This document shows positions 8,356 to 17,324 of a DNA stretch of 64,000 nt, piece by piece (position 1 is the first letter of the stretch; every line of letters begins with the position of its first letter). This DNA comes from Alphaproteobacteria bacterium (GTDB lineage Bacteria; Pseudomonadota; Alphaproteobacteria; GCA-2731375): assembly GCA_965225945.1 (NCBI GenBank), contig CBDDBZ010000029.1, forward strand, positions 103,998 to 167,997. The letters run 5' to 3'. The translations under genes were made by a program, and so were the position numbers. The notes beneath the pieces were generated by a model, which was not told the origin of the DNA, made no database searches, and worked only from the letters and a program-made list of their open reading frames with translations.

Positions 8356-9423
8356 TCAAGCCGTCGCCGAGAGCGGTAAATGAACGGACTCGCCGCTCTG
8401 GAGCGAGTGCGCGACCGCGTCGGTGAATTCCATATAGGCGACCCCGGTGGCGAAATCGGTGTGGCTCACCGCTTCCAGGCCTCGCACGGCGTTGACGAAT
8501 TCCTCCTCGACCCGCCAGGCGCCGCGATTCTCCTCGGCGACCCTGACCGGGCGGAGGCCCTCCTCGCCCCGCTCGCCGGCGGCAAGCACCATCGCCTCGC
8601 CCTTGGCCTGCGACAGCAGGAGCGTGCCCATGGACCCGAAGATCCAGACCTCGGCGGCGGCGGGCGCGTGGCCGAGCACGGTGGAGACGTTGAAGCGCAT
8701 CTGCCCGCCCGCCGCCAACCGGCCGATGACGTCGACATGGTCGGGAATGGTCATCGCCACCCGCCGGCCGGTCGCGTCCCGGCGGTGCGCCACCACGGCG
8801 CGGCCCACGGCATGGACGCTGGCTGCCGGGCCGACCCAGCGCATCATCGCCTCGTACCAGATTCCCATGCTCATGGTGTTGTTGCCGGAGAGCTCGCGGT
8901 CGTGGCGCCAGTGAAGGGTTGAATCGGGGTCGGGAAAGCCGCCGCCGGCGGTGATCCGGGCATCCAGCGCGATCAGCTCGCCGATCTCGCCGGCGCCGAT
9001 CATCTGGGCGATGGTGGCATCGAAGGCCAGCGTGTGCGGCGCCGGCACGAGCTGCGCCACCAGCCTCGGGTGGCGGCGCGAGGCCGCCAGCATCGCCCGC
9101 GCCTCCACCGAATCGCGCGCCATTCGCGCCTCGCACAGGACATGCTTGCCGTGCTCCAGCGCGGCGATCGTCATGGCCGCGTGCATGTAGGGCCAGGTGC
9201 CGATACAGACGGCGTCGACCGACGCGTCCTCCAGCACCGCCATCCAATCCTCGGCGACGTTCGCGATGTCGAACTCCGCCGCCACGCGGGACGCCGAGCC
9301 GGTCGTGCGGTTGGAGACGGTGACGAGCTCGACCCCCGCTTGCTCCCGAAAGCCTGGAATATGCCGGGATCTGGTGTTGCCGCCGGCCCCGATCAGGCCG
9401 ACGCGGATGACCTCCGCGCTCAT
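8356..9423 (-). CDS. Gfo/Idh/MocA family oxidoreductase
   Basis: RVGLIGAG, GKHVLCEARMA; GGAGG RBS before ATG 9423. Confidence 0.88.
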   Translation of the reverse strand: MSAEVIRVGLIGAGGNTRSRHIPGFREQAGVELVTVSNRTTGSASRVAAEFDIANVAEDWMAVLEDASVDAVCIGTWPYMHAAMTIAALEHGKHVLCEARMARDSVEARAMLAASRRHPRLVAQLVPAPHTLAFDATIAQMIGAGEIGELIALDARITAGGGFPDPDSTLHWRHDRELSGNNTMSMGIWYEAMMRWVGPAASVHAVGRAVVAHRRDATGRRVAMTIPDHVDVIGRLAAGGQMRFNVSTVLGHAPAAAEVWIFGSMGTLLLSQAKGEAMVLAAGERGEEGLRPVRVAEENRGAWRVEEEFVNAVRGLEAVSHTDFATGVAYMEFTDAVAHSLQSGESVHLPLSATA

Positions 9424-9753
9424 GGTGCGTTCCTCCCACCCTGATGTGTCTCTCGGGCCATGCTTGGCATGACGGGCCGGCCCGGGCAACAGGTAGGACA
9501 ATCGCATGAAGTGACGGCCACGGCCTTGATACCGCGTCAACCGCCGCCAATGGGCCATTGAGGCCCCGCGAGCTGATGGGAGCGAAGCCAAGCGCCCGAA
9601 TGGGTGCGCCCGGCGTCTGAGGGAACGACAAGAACCCAGGGCAATCGCGTTTACTCGATTGCCCTCGGGCAACACGGCCGGCCGCGCTTTTCAGTTTTTT
9701 CGAACCCGTGTTAGAATTGTCGCGTTATCCAGGGATCGAAGCGGGGAAGCGGA

Positions 9754-10605
9754 ATGCAATACCGGAGCATCGAGGTCGAGCCACTGGCCGGCGCGCTGGG
9801 CGCGGAGATCGCGGGTGTCGATATCTCGAGGCCGTTGGCGAACCGCGCGGCCGCCGAGATCCACCGGGCCTTCCTCGACCATCACGTCATCGTCTTCCGC
9901 GACCAGCGACTGACCCCGCCTCAGCAGCTCGCCTTCGGCCGGCATTTCGGAACGCCGAACGAGTACCCCTTTGTCGAGGGGCTGGCCGAAGCCCCCGAGG
10001 TGATCGAGATCCTCAAGGTGGAGACGGACGCCAAGAATTTCGGCGGCCTCTGGCATTCCGACACCAGCTACCTGGAGCGCCCGCCGCTCGCCACCCTGCT
10101 CTATGCCCGCGAGGTACCGCCGGCCGGTGGTGATACCCTCTTCGCCAACACCCGGCTCGCCTACGGGCGGCTGTCGGAGGGCATGAAGGCGATGCTCGCC
10201 GGCCTCCAGGGCGTCAACAGCGCGGCCTTGCGCCATGCCGGCGGGCGGCAAGATACGGCCAAGGGCAATACCCGCATGAAGGCCAAGAACGTCGAGCGGG
10301 CCGACGATCTGGAAGCGGTGCATCCGATCGTGCGCACCCATCCAGAGACCGGCGACAAGTCGCTCTATCTCAACACCGCGCACACGGTCCGATTCGCGGA
10401 CATGACGGAGGCCGAGAGCACGCCGCTGATCGATTATCTGACCGACCACATCCGACGCCCGGAGTTCACCTGCCGGGTTCGCTGGGAGGTCGACACCCTC
10501 GTCGTCTGGGACAACCGCTCGACCCACCACTACGCCGTGAACGACTACCAGGGCCATCGCCGCCGCATGCACCGCGTGACGATCGAAGGCGACGTCCCGC
10601 ACTGA
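9754..10605 (+). CDS. TauD/TfdA family 2-oxoglutarate-dependent dioxygenase
   Basis: WHSDTS, GGDTLF, HPIVRTHPETG, WDNRSTHH. Confidence 0.92.
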   Translation: MQYRSIEVEPLAGALGAEIAGVDISRPLANRAAAEIHRAFLDHHVIVFRDQRLTPPQQLAFGRHFGTPNEYPFVEGLAEAPEVIEILKVETDAKNFGGLWHSDTSYLERPPLATLLYAREVPPAGGDTLFANTRLAYGRLSEGMKAMLAGLQGVNSAALRHAGGRQDTAKGNTRMKAKNVERADDLEAVHPIVRTHPETGDKSLYLNTAHTVRFADMTEAESTPLIDYLTDHIRRPEFTCRVRWEVDTLVVWDNRSTHHYAVNDYQGHRRRMHRVTIEGDVPH

Positions 10606-10648
10606 AGCTCGGTTCGGCCCTCGCAATTTCCGAAGGCTTCCGCGCCTC

Positions 10649-10706
10649 AGGATAAAGGGACACAATACATAACCTCATGAAGATAAGTATTGTGTCACTT
10701 TATCCT
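10649..10706. terminator. AT-rich inverted repeat between convergent TauD genes (REP-like or bidirectional terminator)
   Basis: AGGATAAAGGGACACAATACATA / TAAGTATTGTGTCACTTTATCCT, 21 of 23 positions complementary. Confidence 0.55.
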
Positions 10707-10760
10707 CAATTATCCTCTCATCACCTGGACCGCGGCGCTGGCGACGAGGAAACGACCTAG

Positions 10761-11630
10761 CTAGCCCGGCGCCGTGCCCCGCAGGCAGGTGCGGTGCATG
10801 ACCCGGGCGTGGCGCGCGGCGTCGAAATTTTGGTCGGCTCGGTGCAACAGGCAGCGATTGTCCCACATCACCACGTCGCCCGGCCGCCAGCGGTGGCGGA
10901 AGACGAAGCGTTTTGCCGTCGCATGCGCCTCCAGCTCGGCGAGGCGGGCGCGGCCTTCGGCGATTCGCCGGCCCTCGAAATGGGAGGCGTGCTCGCCCAT
11001 GAAAAGGCATTCGCGGTCCGTGTCCGGGTGGCGACGGACCAAGGGATGGACCCTCGCCGGGGCGTCGCGGATCTCCGCTTCGCTCGCCCGTTCGCCGAAC
11101 TTGAGGCGCGATTGCTCCCAACTGTGCACGACGCGGAGCTTGCCGAGTTCCGCCCGTTCCGCCTCGCCCAGCTCCTCCCAGGCGAGATGCATGTTGGCGA
11201 AGAGGGTATCGCCGCCCGCCGGCGGCAGGCGGATCGCGTGCAGGATGGTGGCGAGCGAGGGCTGGGGCCGGAAGGACTTGTCGGTATGCCAGCGGGTCGA
11301 GGCGACCCGTCCGCTCGGCCGGCCCGCGCCGTCGAGGTTGGTGACGGTGTGGACCAGCGGATGGTCGGCGCCGCGATTGCGGATCGTGTGCCGCTCCAAC
11401 GCGCCGAACTGTTCCGAAAAGGCGACCTGGCGGGTCTTGTCGAGCCGTTGATCGCGGAACGCGAGCACGTGGTGGCGGACGAAGGCGTCGTAGACCGCCG
11501 CGCGCGTGCCCACATCGAGGGGCAGCGCGAGATCGAGCCCGATCACCTCCGCGCCCGCGACCGCGGACAGGGGCCGAATCTCGAAGTTCGCCGCGCCGCG
11601 CGGGCTCGAGTCATCCATCGCCACGGTCAT
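10761..11630 (-). CDS. TauD/TfdA family dioxygenase, second paralog
   Basis: WHTDKS, GGDTLF, HPLVRRHPDT, WDNRCLLHR; the real gene is the C-terminal third of the 826-aa ORF. Confidence 0.9.
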   Translation of the reverse strand: MTVAMDDSSPRGAANFEIRPLSAVAGAEVIGLDLALPLDVGTRAAVYDAFVRHHVLAFRDQRLDKTRQVAFSEQFGALERHTIRNRGADHPLVHTVTNLDGAGRPSGRVASTRWHTDKSFRPQPSLATILHAIRLPPAGGDTLFANMHLAWEELGEAERAELGKLRVVHSWEQSRLKFGERASEAEIRDAPARVHPLVRRHPDTDRECLFMGEHASHFEGRRIAEGRARLAELEAHATAKRFVFRHRWRPGDVVMWDNRCLLHRADQNFDAARHARVMHRTCLRGTAPG

Positions 11631-11747
11631 GATCCACATCCTCCCGAAGCCGGAATTTAATCCCTCGCCGGGGCCAGCGCAAAACGGCCGTTCACGCGAC
11701 ATTCCGAACGCCTCCCTTCGAGGTGCCCGTGGTATGATGCGGTTGCT

Positions 11748-13025
11748 ATGACGTTTCGCCCCTTCGCCCTCGCCCTCGCCCTTGCCCTCGCGGTGCTTCT
11801 GTCGATGCCTCTCGCCGCCAAGGCCGATTTCCAGGCTGGCGTCCGGGCTTATGACAAGGGCGACTATCGGGCGGCCTACGAGGCCTGGCTGCCGCTGGCG
11901 CGAAGCGGCGACCCGGCGGCTCAGCGCAACCTCGGCCACCTCTTCCGCTTCGGTCATGGCGTGGGGCAGGATTTCGCCCAGGCGGCCGACTGGTACGAGC
12001 GCGCGGCCACCACCGGCCTCGCCAGCGCACAGGTCAACCTGGCGATGATGCGGCTCAGAGGGCAGGGCGTGGCCCGCGCCGCCACCGAGGCCGCCTATTG
12101 GCTCGAGCTGGCGGCACGCCAGGGCCATATCCTGGCACAATACAATCTGGGGCTCCTCTATCTGCGCGGCAACGGCGTCGCCGCCGACGAAGGTCGCGCT
12201 CTCGGCTGGCTCAACTTGGCGGCCAAGGGGGGACATCGCGGCGCGCTCGAGCTGTTGAGCCACCTGGTCTGGCAATCGCCGCCGTCCGACCGGCCGAACG
12301 AGGCCACGCGCGGCGCCACCGGACACGCCGTACCCCGGGCCCGGGCCGCGAAGAGCGAGGTCGAAGCGGAACGGCCCCTGGTCTCGGCCCGCAGCCTCGC
12401 GGAGGAGGCCGATGTCCGCGACGGGGAGCCTACCCGGGCCGCGCCAGCGCCGGTCCGCACGAGGCCGGCGGCGGCGGCTGCCTCGAATGCACCGGCCAGG
12501 CCGGGTCCCTTGGCGCCCGATCCGGAGAACCCCGAGGGCGCGGTGATTGGTCTGTTGCAGGCGGCCATCCTCGGCGCGTCGGAGGAAGCGGGCACCCCTA
12601 ACGCCGCGCCCGGCGCCACGGGCGAAGGGGCGGCGGAGACCGATCGCGTCCGCGCGGAGGTGGCGCGGCTGGAGGCGTCGGTACTCGAGGATCCGACGGA
12701 AACCCGCCGGCGCGAAAAGCGGGAGAAGGTGGCCGAGGCGATGCTCGTCTTCAACGGCGGCGATCTCGAGGGCGCGCGGGCAATCCTGGAGCCACTGGCG
12801 CTTTCCGACGGGGCCGACGCGCAATATCGCCTCGGCGAGATGCATGCGAAGACCCCCGGGGCTGAGAATATGGGGGAGGCTTATGTCTGGTTGGCGCTGG
12901 CCGCGGAAAACGGCCACCCCAAGGCCCGACGCGCCCAGTGGGCCGTGTTGGACGCGATGGGCGAGGCCGAGCGGCGGTCGGCCCGGCGATTGTTGAGTGA
13001 GCGTCGCGGCCGGCTGACGCGCTGA
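11748..13025 (+). CDS. Secreted Sel1-like repeat protein
   Basis: Signal peptide, ADFQAG..AY..GDY, repeated AQxNLGxxYxxGxGV units, Ala/Pro linker, C-terminal Sel1 repeat. Confidence 0.88.
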   Translation: MTFRPFALALALALAVLLSMPLAAKADFQAGVRAYDKGDYRAAYEAWLPLARSGDPAAQRNLGHLFRFGHGVGQDFAQAADWYERAATTGLASAQVNLAMMRLRGQGVARAATEAAYWLELAARQGHILAQYNLGLLYLRGNGVAADEGRALGWLNLAAKGGHRGALELLSHLVWQSPPSDRPNEATRGATGHAVPRARAAKSEVEAERPLVSARSLAEEADVRDGEPTRAAPAPVRTRPAAAAASNAPARPGPLAPDPENPEGAVIGLLQAAILGASEEAGTPNAAPGATGEGAAETDRVRAEVARLEASVLEDPTETRRREKREKVAEAMLVFNGGDLEGARAILEPLALSDGADAQYRLGEMHAKTPGAENMGEAYVWLALAAENGHPKARRAQWAVLDAMGEAERRSARRLLSERRGRLTR

Positions 13026-13239
13026 AGCATGATCCGCATCCGCCCAATCACCAGGCCACCCGCTCCCCCGCTCCCCCACCCTCGCGGCTACCATTGCCGC
13101 GTGGATTGGAGGCGGAGCGGGGCGCGACGTAAGTCGCCTGTTAAGGCGCTTGGCCTTACAATCTCGCCGGCACGATCCCACCTTTGGGGCGGGCCGGGCG
13201 TCTCGTCGCGGGGCCGGGGCGAGGAGGATTGTCGAGATC

Positions 13240-14145
13240 ATGCGTGATCCCTACGAGGTCCTGGGCGTCGCCACAGGCGCCGAGGAGGACGAGATCAAGC
13301 GCTCCTACCGACGACTCGCCAAGGAGCTGCATCCCGACGTCAACGACAACGATCCCAAGGTGGCGGAGCGCTTCAAGGAGGTTTCGGCCGCCTACGGGCT
13401 GCTGGGCGACGGCGCCCAACGGGGCCGCTTCGATCGCGGTGAAATCGACGCCGGCGGGCAGGAAAAGAGGCGCTTCCGCTACGCATATGCGGGCGGCCCC
13501 CGGCGCGGCGGCGGCGGGTTCCGCTTCGGTGGCGGCGGCGCCGACGATGTCTTTCGCGAGTTCGCCGACATCTTTTCGCGCCGCGGCGAGCGCGACGGCG
13601 GCCGGATCCGCCAGGGCGGCGATCGGACCTTCAAGATCACGGTCGATTTTCTTGACGCCGCTCTCGGCACCACGCGACGCGTCAGCTTGCCGACCGGCAA
13701 GACCCTGGACGTCCGAATCCCAGCGGGAATCGAGGAGGGCAAGACCATTCGCCTCAAGGGCCAGGGCGATCCCGGTCCCCCCGGCGCGACCGCGGGCGAT
13801 GCCCTGGTCGAGGTCCAGATCCGGCCGCACCCCCACTTCGAGCGCGAGGGCGGGGAGATCCGGCTGAAGCTGCCGGTCACCGTCTACGAGGCCATGCTCG
13901 GCGCCCGGATCGCCGTGCCGACGATCCACGGGCCGGTCACCGTGACGGTGCCCAAGGGCTCGAGCGCCGGGCGCAAGCTTCGCCTCAAGGGGCGCGGCAT
14001 CCCCGGGGAGGACGGCATGGGCGATCAGATCGTCACGCTCGAGATCGTGCTTCCCGAGACGGCGGACGACGCATTGACGGATCTGGTCGAGCGTTGGCGG
14101 GCCGAGCACGCCTACGACGTTCGCCGCAAGGCCGGCCTCGAGTAG
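13240..14145 (+). CDS. DnaJ class B / CbpA-like co-chaperone
   Basis: J domain with HPD, G/F-rich region, DnaJ C-terminal domain, no zinc finger. Confidence 0.9.
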   Translation: MRDPYEVLGVATGAEEDEIKRSYRRLAKELHPDVNDNDPKVAERFKEVSAAYGLLGDGAQRGRFDRGEIDAGGQEKRRFRYAYAGGPRRGGGGFRFGGGGADDVFREFADIFSRRGERDGGRIRQGGDRTFKITVDFLDAALGTTRRVSLPTGKTLDVRIPAGIEEGKTIRLKGQGDPGPPGATAGDALVEVQIRPHPHFEREGGEIRLKLPVTVYEAMLGARIAVPTIHGPVTVTVPKGSSAGRKLRLKGRGIPGEDGMGDQIVTLEIVLPETADDALTDLVERWRAEHAYDVRRKAGLE

Positions 14146-14161
14146 CGCGCCCGTCGAGGTC

Positions 14162-15028
14162 ATGGACGAGGAGCCGGCGCCCAGGGAGTCGAGAGGTCTC
14201 GTCGCCGCCGTCGGCCACGGTCTGCTGGAGGCGCTGCAACGCTTTCTCGCCAACGATGGTCACGTGGTGGCCGGCCACCTGGCGTTTTTCGGCCTGCTGT
14301 CGCTGTTTCCGTTCCTGATCTTCCTGACGGCGCTCGCCGGCTTTTTCGGGCAGACCGAGCTCGGCATCGAGTTCGTGGTCTTTCTCCTCGACAGCATTCC
14401 CGAGGATGTCTCGGATGTGCTGAGCGTGCCGATCATCGAAGTGGTGCAAGACACTCGCGGAGAGCTGCTGACGATCGGCATCTTGCTCAGCCTGTGGACC
14501 GCCTCGACCGGCCTGGAGGCAATCCGGGGCGCCCTCGACCGCGCCTACGGCGTCACCCGTCGCCGGCCGCACTGGCGCAATCGACTGGAGAGCGTGCTGC
14601 TCGTCGTGGTCGCCGCCAGCTGTTTCATCGTCGCCATGCTGACCCTGATTGTGGGGCCGATCGTGTGGGCCGAAATGGAGGCGATGTTGCAGCTGCCGGA
14701 AGGGCTGCGCGCGGTCTGGACTCTGCTCCGCTACGCGGCCGGCGCGCTGTTGATCGTGCTTGCCGTCTCGGCGCTCTATTTTCTGCTGCCGGCGCGGCGG
14801 CTCAGAGGTCGCGGCGTGTTTCCGGGCGCCTTCGCCGTCCTGGTGCTCTGGCTCCTGGCGGCTACCGCCTTCTCCCTCTACCTCGAACAATTCGGCGACT
14901 ACACGGTGACCTACGGCAGCCTCGGCGGCGTTATCGTTACCCTGTTGTTCTTCTATATCCTGGCGGTGATCTTCGTCCTCGGCGCGGAAATCAACGCCAT
15001 GGTCCTGCGTCGCTACGGCGCCGATTGA
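14162..15028 (+). CDS. YihY/BrkB family membrane protein
   Basis: AGHLAFFGLLSLFP, YGSLGGVIVTLLFFY...LGAEIN. Confidence 0.9.
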   Translation: MDEEPAPRESRGLVAAVGHGLLEALQRFLANDGHVVAGHLAFFGLLSLFPFLIFLTALAGFFGQTELGIEFVVFLLDSIPEDVSDVLSVPIIEVVQDTRGELLTIGILLSLWTASTGLEAIRGALDRAYGVTRRRPHWRNRLESVLLVVVAASCFIVAMLTLIVGPIVWAEMEAMLQLPEGLRAVWTLLRYAAGALLIVLAVSALYFLLPARRLRGRGVFPGAFAVLVLWLLAATAFSLYLEQFGDYTVTYGSLGGVIVTLLFFYILAVIFVLGAEINAMVLRRYGAD

Positions 15029-15110
15029 CCTCATGCGCATTTCGTGTAGGATGGTGCCAAGTTATTGAACCTAAAGCGCTAATAGTGACGGCAAGCTGAT
15101 GGAGACGGCA

Positions 15111-15923
15111 ATGGGCGAGCCTCGAGAGCTGCTCGCCGGCAAGCGCGGGCTGGTCATGGGCGTCGCCAACGATCGCTCGATCGCCTGGGGGATCGCCCGG
15201 CGCGCGGCCGAGGCGGGGGCGAGCCTCGCCTTCAGCTATCAGGGGGAAGCGCTGGCCAAGCGGGTCCGCCCGCTCGCGGCGTCCGTCGGCGGTAGTCTGA
15301 TCATGGACTGCGACGTCACCGATGACGCCAGCATGGACGCCGCGTTCGGCGCGATCGAGCGCGAATGGGGCGGGCTCGACTTCGTGGTTCACGCCATCGC
15401 CTTTTCCGACAAGGAACAGTTGAAGGGCCGCTATGTCGATTCGACCGCCGACAACTTCGCCATGTCGCTCGACATCTCGTGTTATTCCTTCACTGCCGTG
15501 GCGCGCCGCGCCGCGCCGTTGATGACGGCGGGCGGCAGCCTGTTGACGCTCACCTATTACGGCGCCGAGAAGGTGGTGCCACACTACAACGTCATGGGCA
15601 TCGCCAAGGCGGCGCTGGAGGCGAGCGTCAGGTATCTGGCCGCCGATCTGGGGAACGACGGAATTCGCGTCAACGCCGTCTCGGCCGGGCCGATCCGCAC
15701 GCTGGCGTCCTCGGGCATCGGGGATTTCCGCTATATCCTGAAGTGGAACGAGTACAACTCGCCGCTCCGGCGCAATACGACGACCGACGAGGTGGGCGGG
15801 GCCGCGCTCTATCTCTTGAGCGATCTCGCCACCGGCGTCACCGGCGAGGTGCATCACGTCGACAGCGGCTATCACGTGATCGGAATGAAGGCGGAGGACG
15901 CGCCGGACATCGCAACGGTCTAG
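15111..15923 (+). CDS. fabI: Enoyl-ACP reductase
   Basis: [44 protein letters not shown]. Confidence 0.96.
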   Translation: MGEPRELLAGKRGLVMGVANDRSIAWGIARRAAEAGASLAFSYQGEALAKRVRPLAASVGGSLIMDCDVTDDASMDAAFGAIEREWGGLDFVVHAIAFSDKEQLKGRYVDSTADNFAMSLDISCYSFTAVARRAAPLMTAGGSLLTLTYYGAEKVVPHYNVMGIAKAALEASVRYLAADLGNDGIRVNAVSAGPIRTLASSGIGDFRYILKWNEYNSPLRRNTTTDEVGGAALYLLSDLATGVTGEVHHVDSGYHVIGMKAEDAPDIATV

Positions 15924-15976
15924 AGAGGTTCGATGTCCGGCACATCGGGCGCCGGGCGAACCGGCGGCGGAGTGAC

Positions 15977-17092
15977 ATGTCGCACAATACCTACGGTCAC
16001 CTGTTCCGGGTCACCACCTGGGGCGAAAGCCACGGGCCTGCGATCGGCTGCGTCGTCGACGGCACGCCGCCGCTGCTGCCGCTGGCCGAGGCGGACATCC
16101 AGAAATGGCTCGACCTGCGTCGGCCCGGCACCTCGCGTCACGTCACCCAACGGCGCGAGCCGGACAAGGTCGAGATCCTCTCCGGCATCTTCGAGGGGCT
16201 GACGACGGGGACGCCGATCGCGCTCCAGATCGACAATGTCGACGCGCGATCCAAGGACTACGGACCGATTCGGGAGAGCTATCGGCCGGGTCATTCCGAC
16301 TTCACCTATGATCGCAAGTACGGCATCCGCGACTATCGCGGCGGCGGCCGCGCCTCGGCCAGGGAGACGGCGAACCGCGTCGCGGCGGGCGCCATCGCGC
16401 GCCTAGTGCTCGGGGCCGAGGTGCGGATCCGGGGCGCGCTGGTCCGGATCGGCGAGAAGGCGATCGATCGCGACAACTGGGACTGGGGCGAGGTCTCGCG
16501 CAATGACTTCTGGTGCCCGGACAAGACGGCGGCGGGCGAGTGGGAGGACTATCTCGACGAGGCGCGCAAGGCCGGCTCCTCCCTCGGCGCGGTGATCGAG
16601 GTCCGCGCGAGCGGCGTTCCGGTCGGCCTCGGCGCGCCGATCTACGGTAAGCTCGATGCCGAATTGGCGGCGGCGCTGATGAGCATCAACGCGGTCAAAG
16701 GGGTCGAGATCGGCGCCGGCTTCGAGGCCGCCCGCCTGACCGGCGAGGCCAACACGGACGAGATGCGCATCGAGGAGGGCGCGCCGCGCTTCCTCACCAA
16801 CAACGCCGGCGGCATCCTGGCCGGCATCTCCACCGGTCAGGAGGTCGTCGCCCGCTTCGCGGTGAAACCCACCTCGTCGATCCCGACCCCGCGCCGCACC
16901 ATCGACCGCGCCGGCAACGAGACCATGATCCGCACCACCGGGCGGCATGATCCCTGCGTCGGTATCCGCGCGGTGCCGGTCGGCGAGGCGATGATGGCTT
17001 GCGTGCTGGCCGACCACCTGTTGCGCCACCGGGCGCAAGTCGGCGTGGATGACTCCCAGAGCGTTTCCGTGGACACCGATGCCGGCTCTTGA
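15977..17092 (+). CDS. aroC: Chorismate synthase
   Basis: [37 protein letters not shown]. Confidence 0.97.
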   Translation: MSHNTYGHLFRVTTWGESHGPAIGCVVDGTPPLLPLAEADIQKWLDLRRPGTSRHVTQRREPDKVEILSGIFEGLTTGTPIALQIDNVDARSKDYGPIRESYRPGHSDFTYDRKYGIRDYRGGGRASARETANRVAAGAIARLVLGAEVRIRGALVRIGEKAIDRDNWDWGEVSRNDFWCPDKTAAGEWEDYLDEARKAGSSLGAVIEVRASGVPVGLGAPIYGKLDAELAAALMSINAVKGVEIGAGFEAARLTGEANTDEMRIEEGAPRFLTNNAGGILAGISTGQEVVARFAVKPTSSIPTPRRTIDRAGNETMIRTTGRHDPCVGIRAVPVGEAMMACVLADHLLRHRAQVGVDDSQSVSVDTDAGS

Positions 17093-17324
17093 TACAAGGC
17101 GCGCCATGCGAGCGAACGGCAGACTCGGCGGCACCGCGCGAATTACCGGCCCGGCCCTCGGCTGAGGGTCGGGATCGGGCGCCTCGCGTCTCACCCCTCG
17201 AACGACGTGGCGCCACCCGCGACAACGAAGCAAAACCCACGATTACTCATACCTTTGGAGATGAGTCTCGACCGCCGGGGCGTTTGGTATGAGACCATCG
17301 AGACGATCACAGTGAGCGCCGATC

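Noticed and set aside
9526-9540. FNR/FixK-like box TTGAT-ACCGC-GTCAA
   Set aside because: The spacer is 5 bp rather than the required 4.
11631-13241. Apparent 826-aa TauD fusion protein
   Set aside because: The N-terminal ~535 aa is the antisense shadow of the Sel1 gene; TauD similarity starts near 11630.
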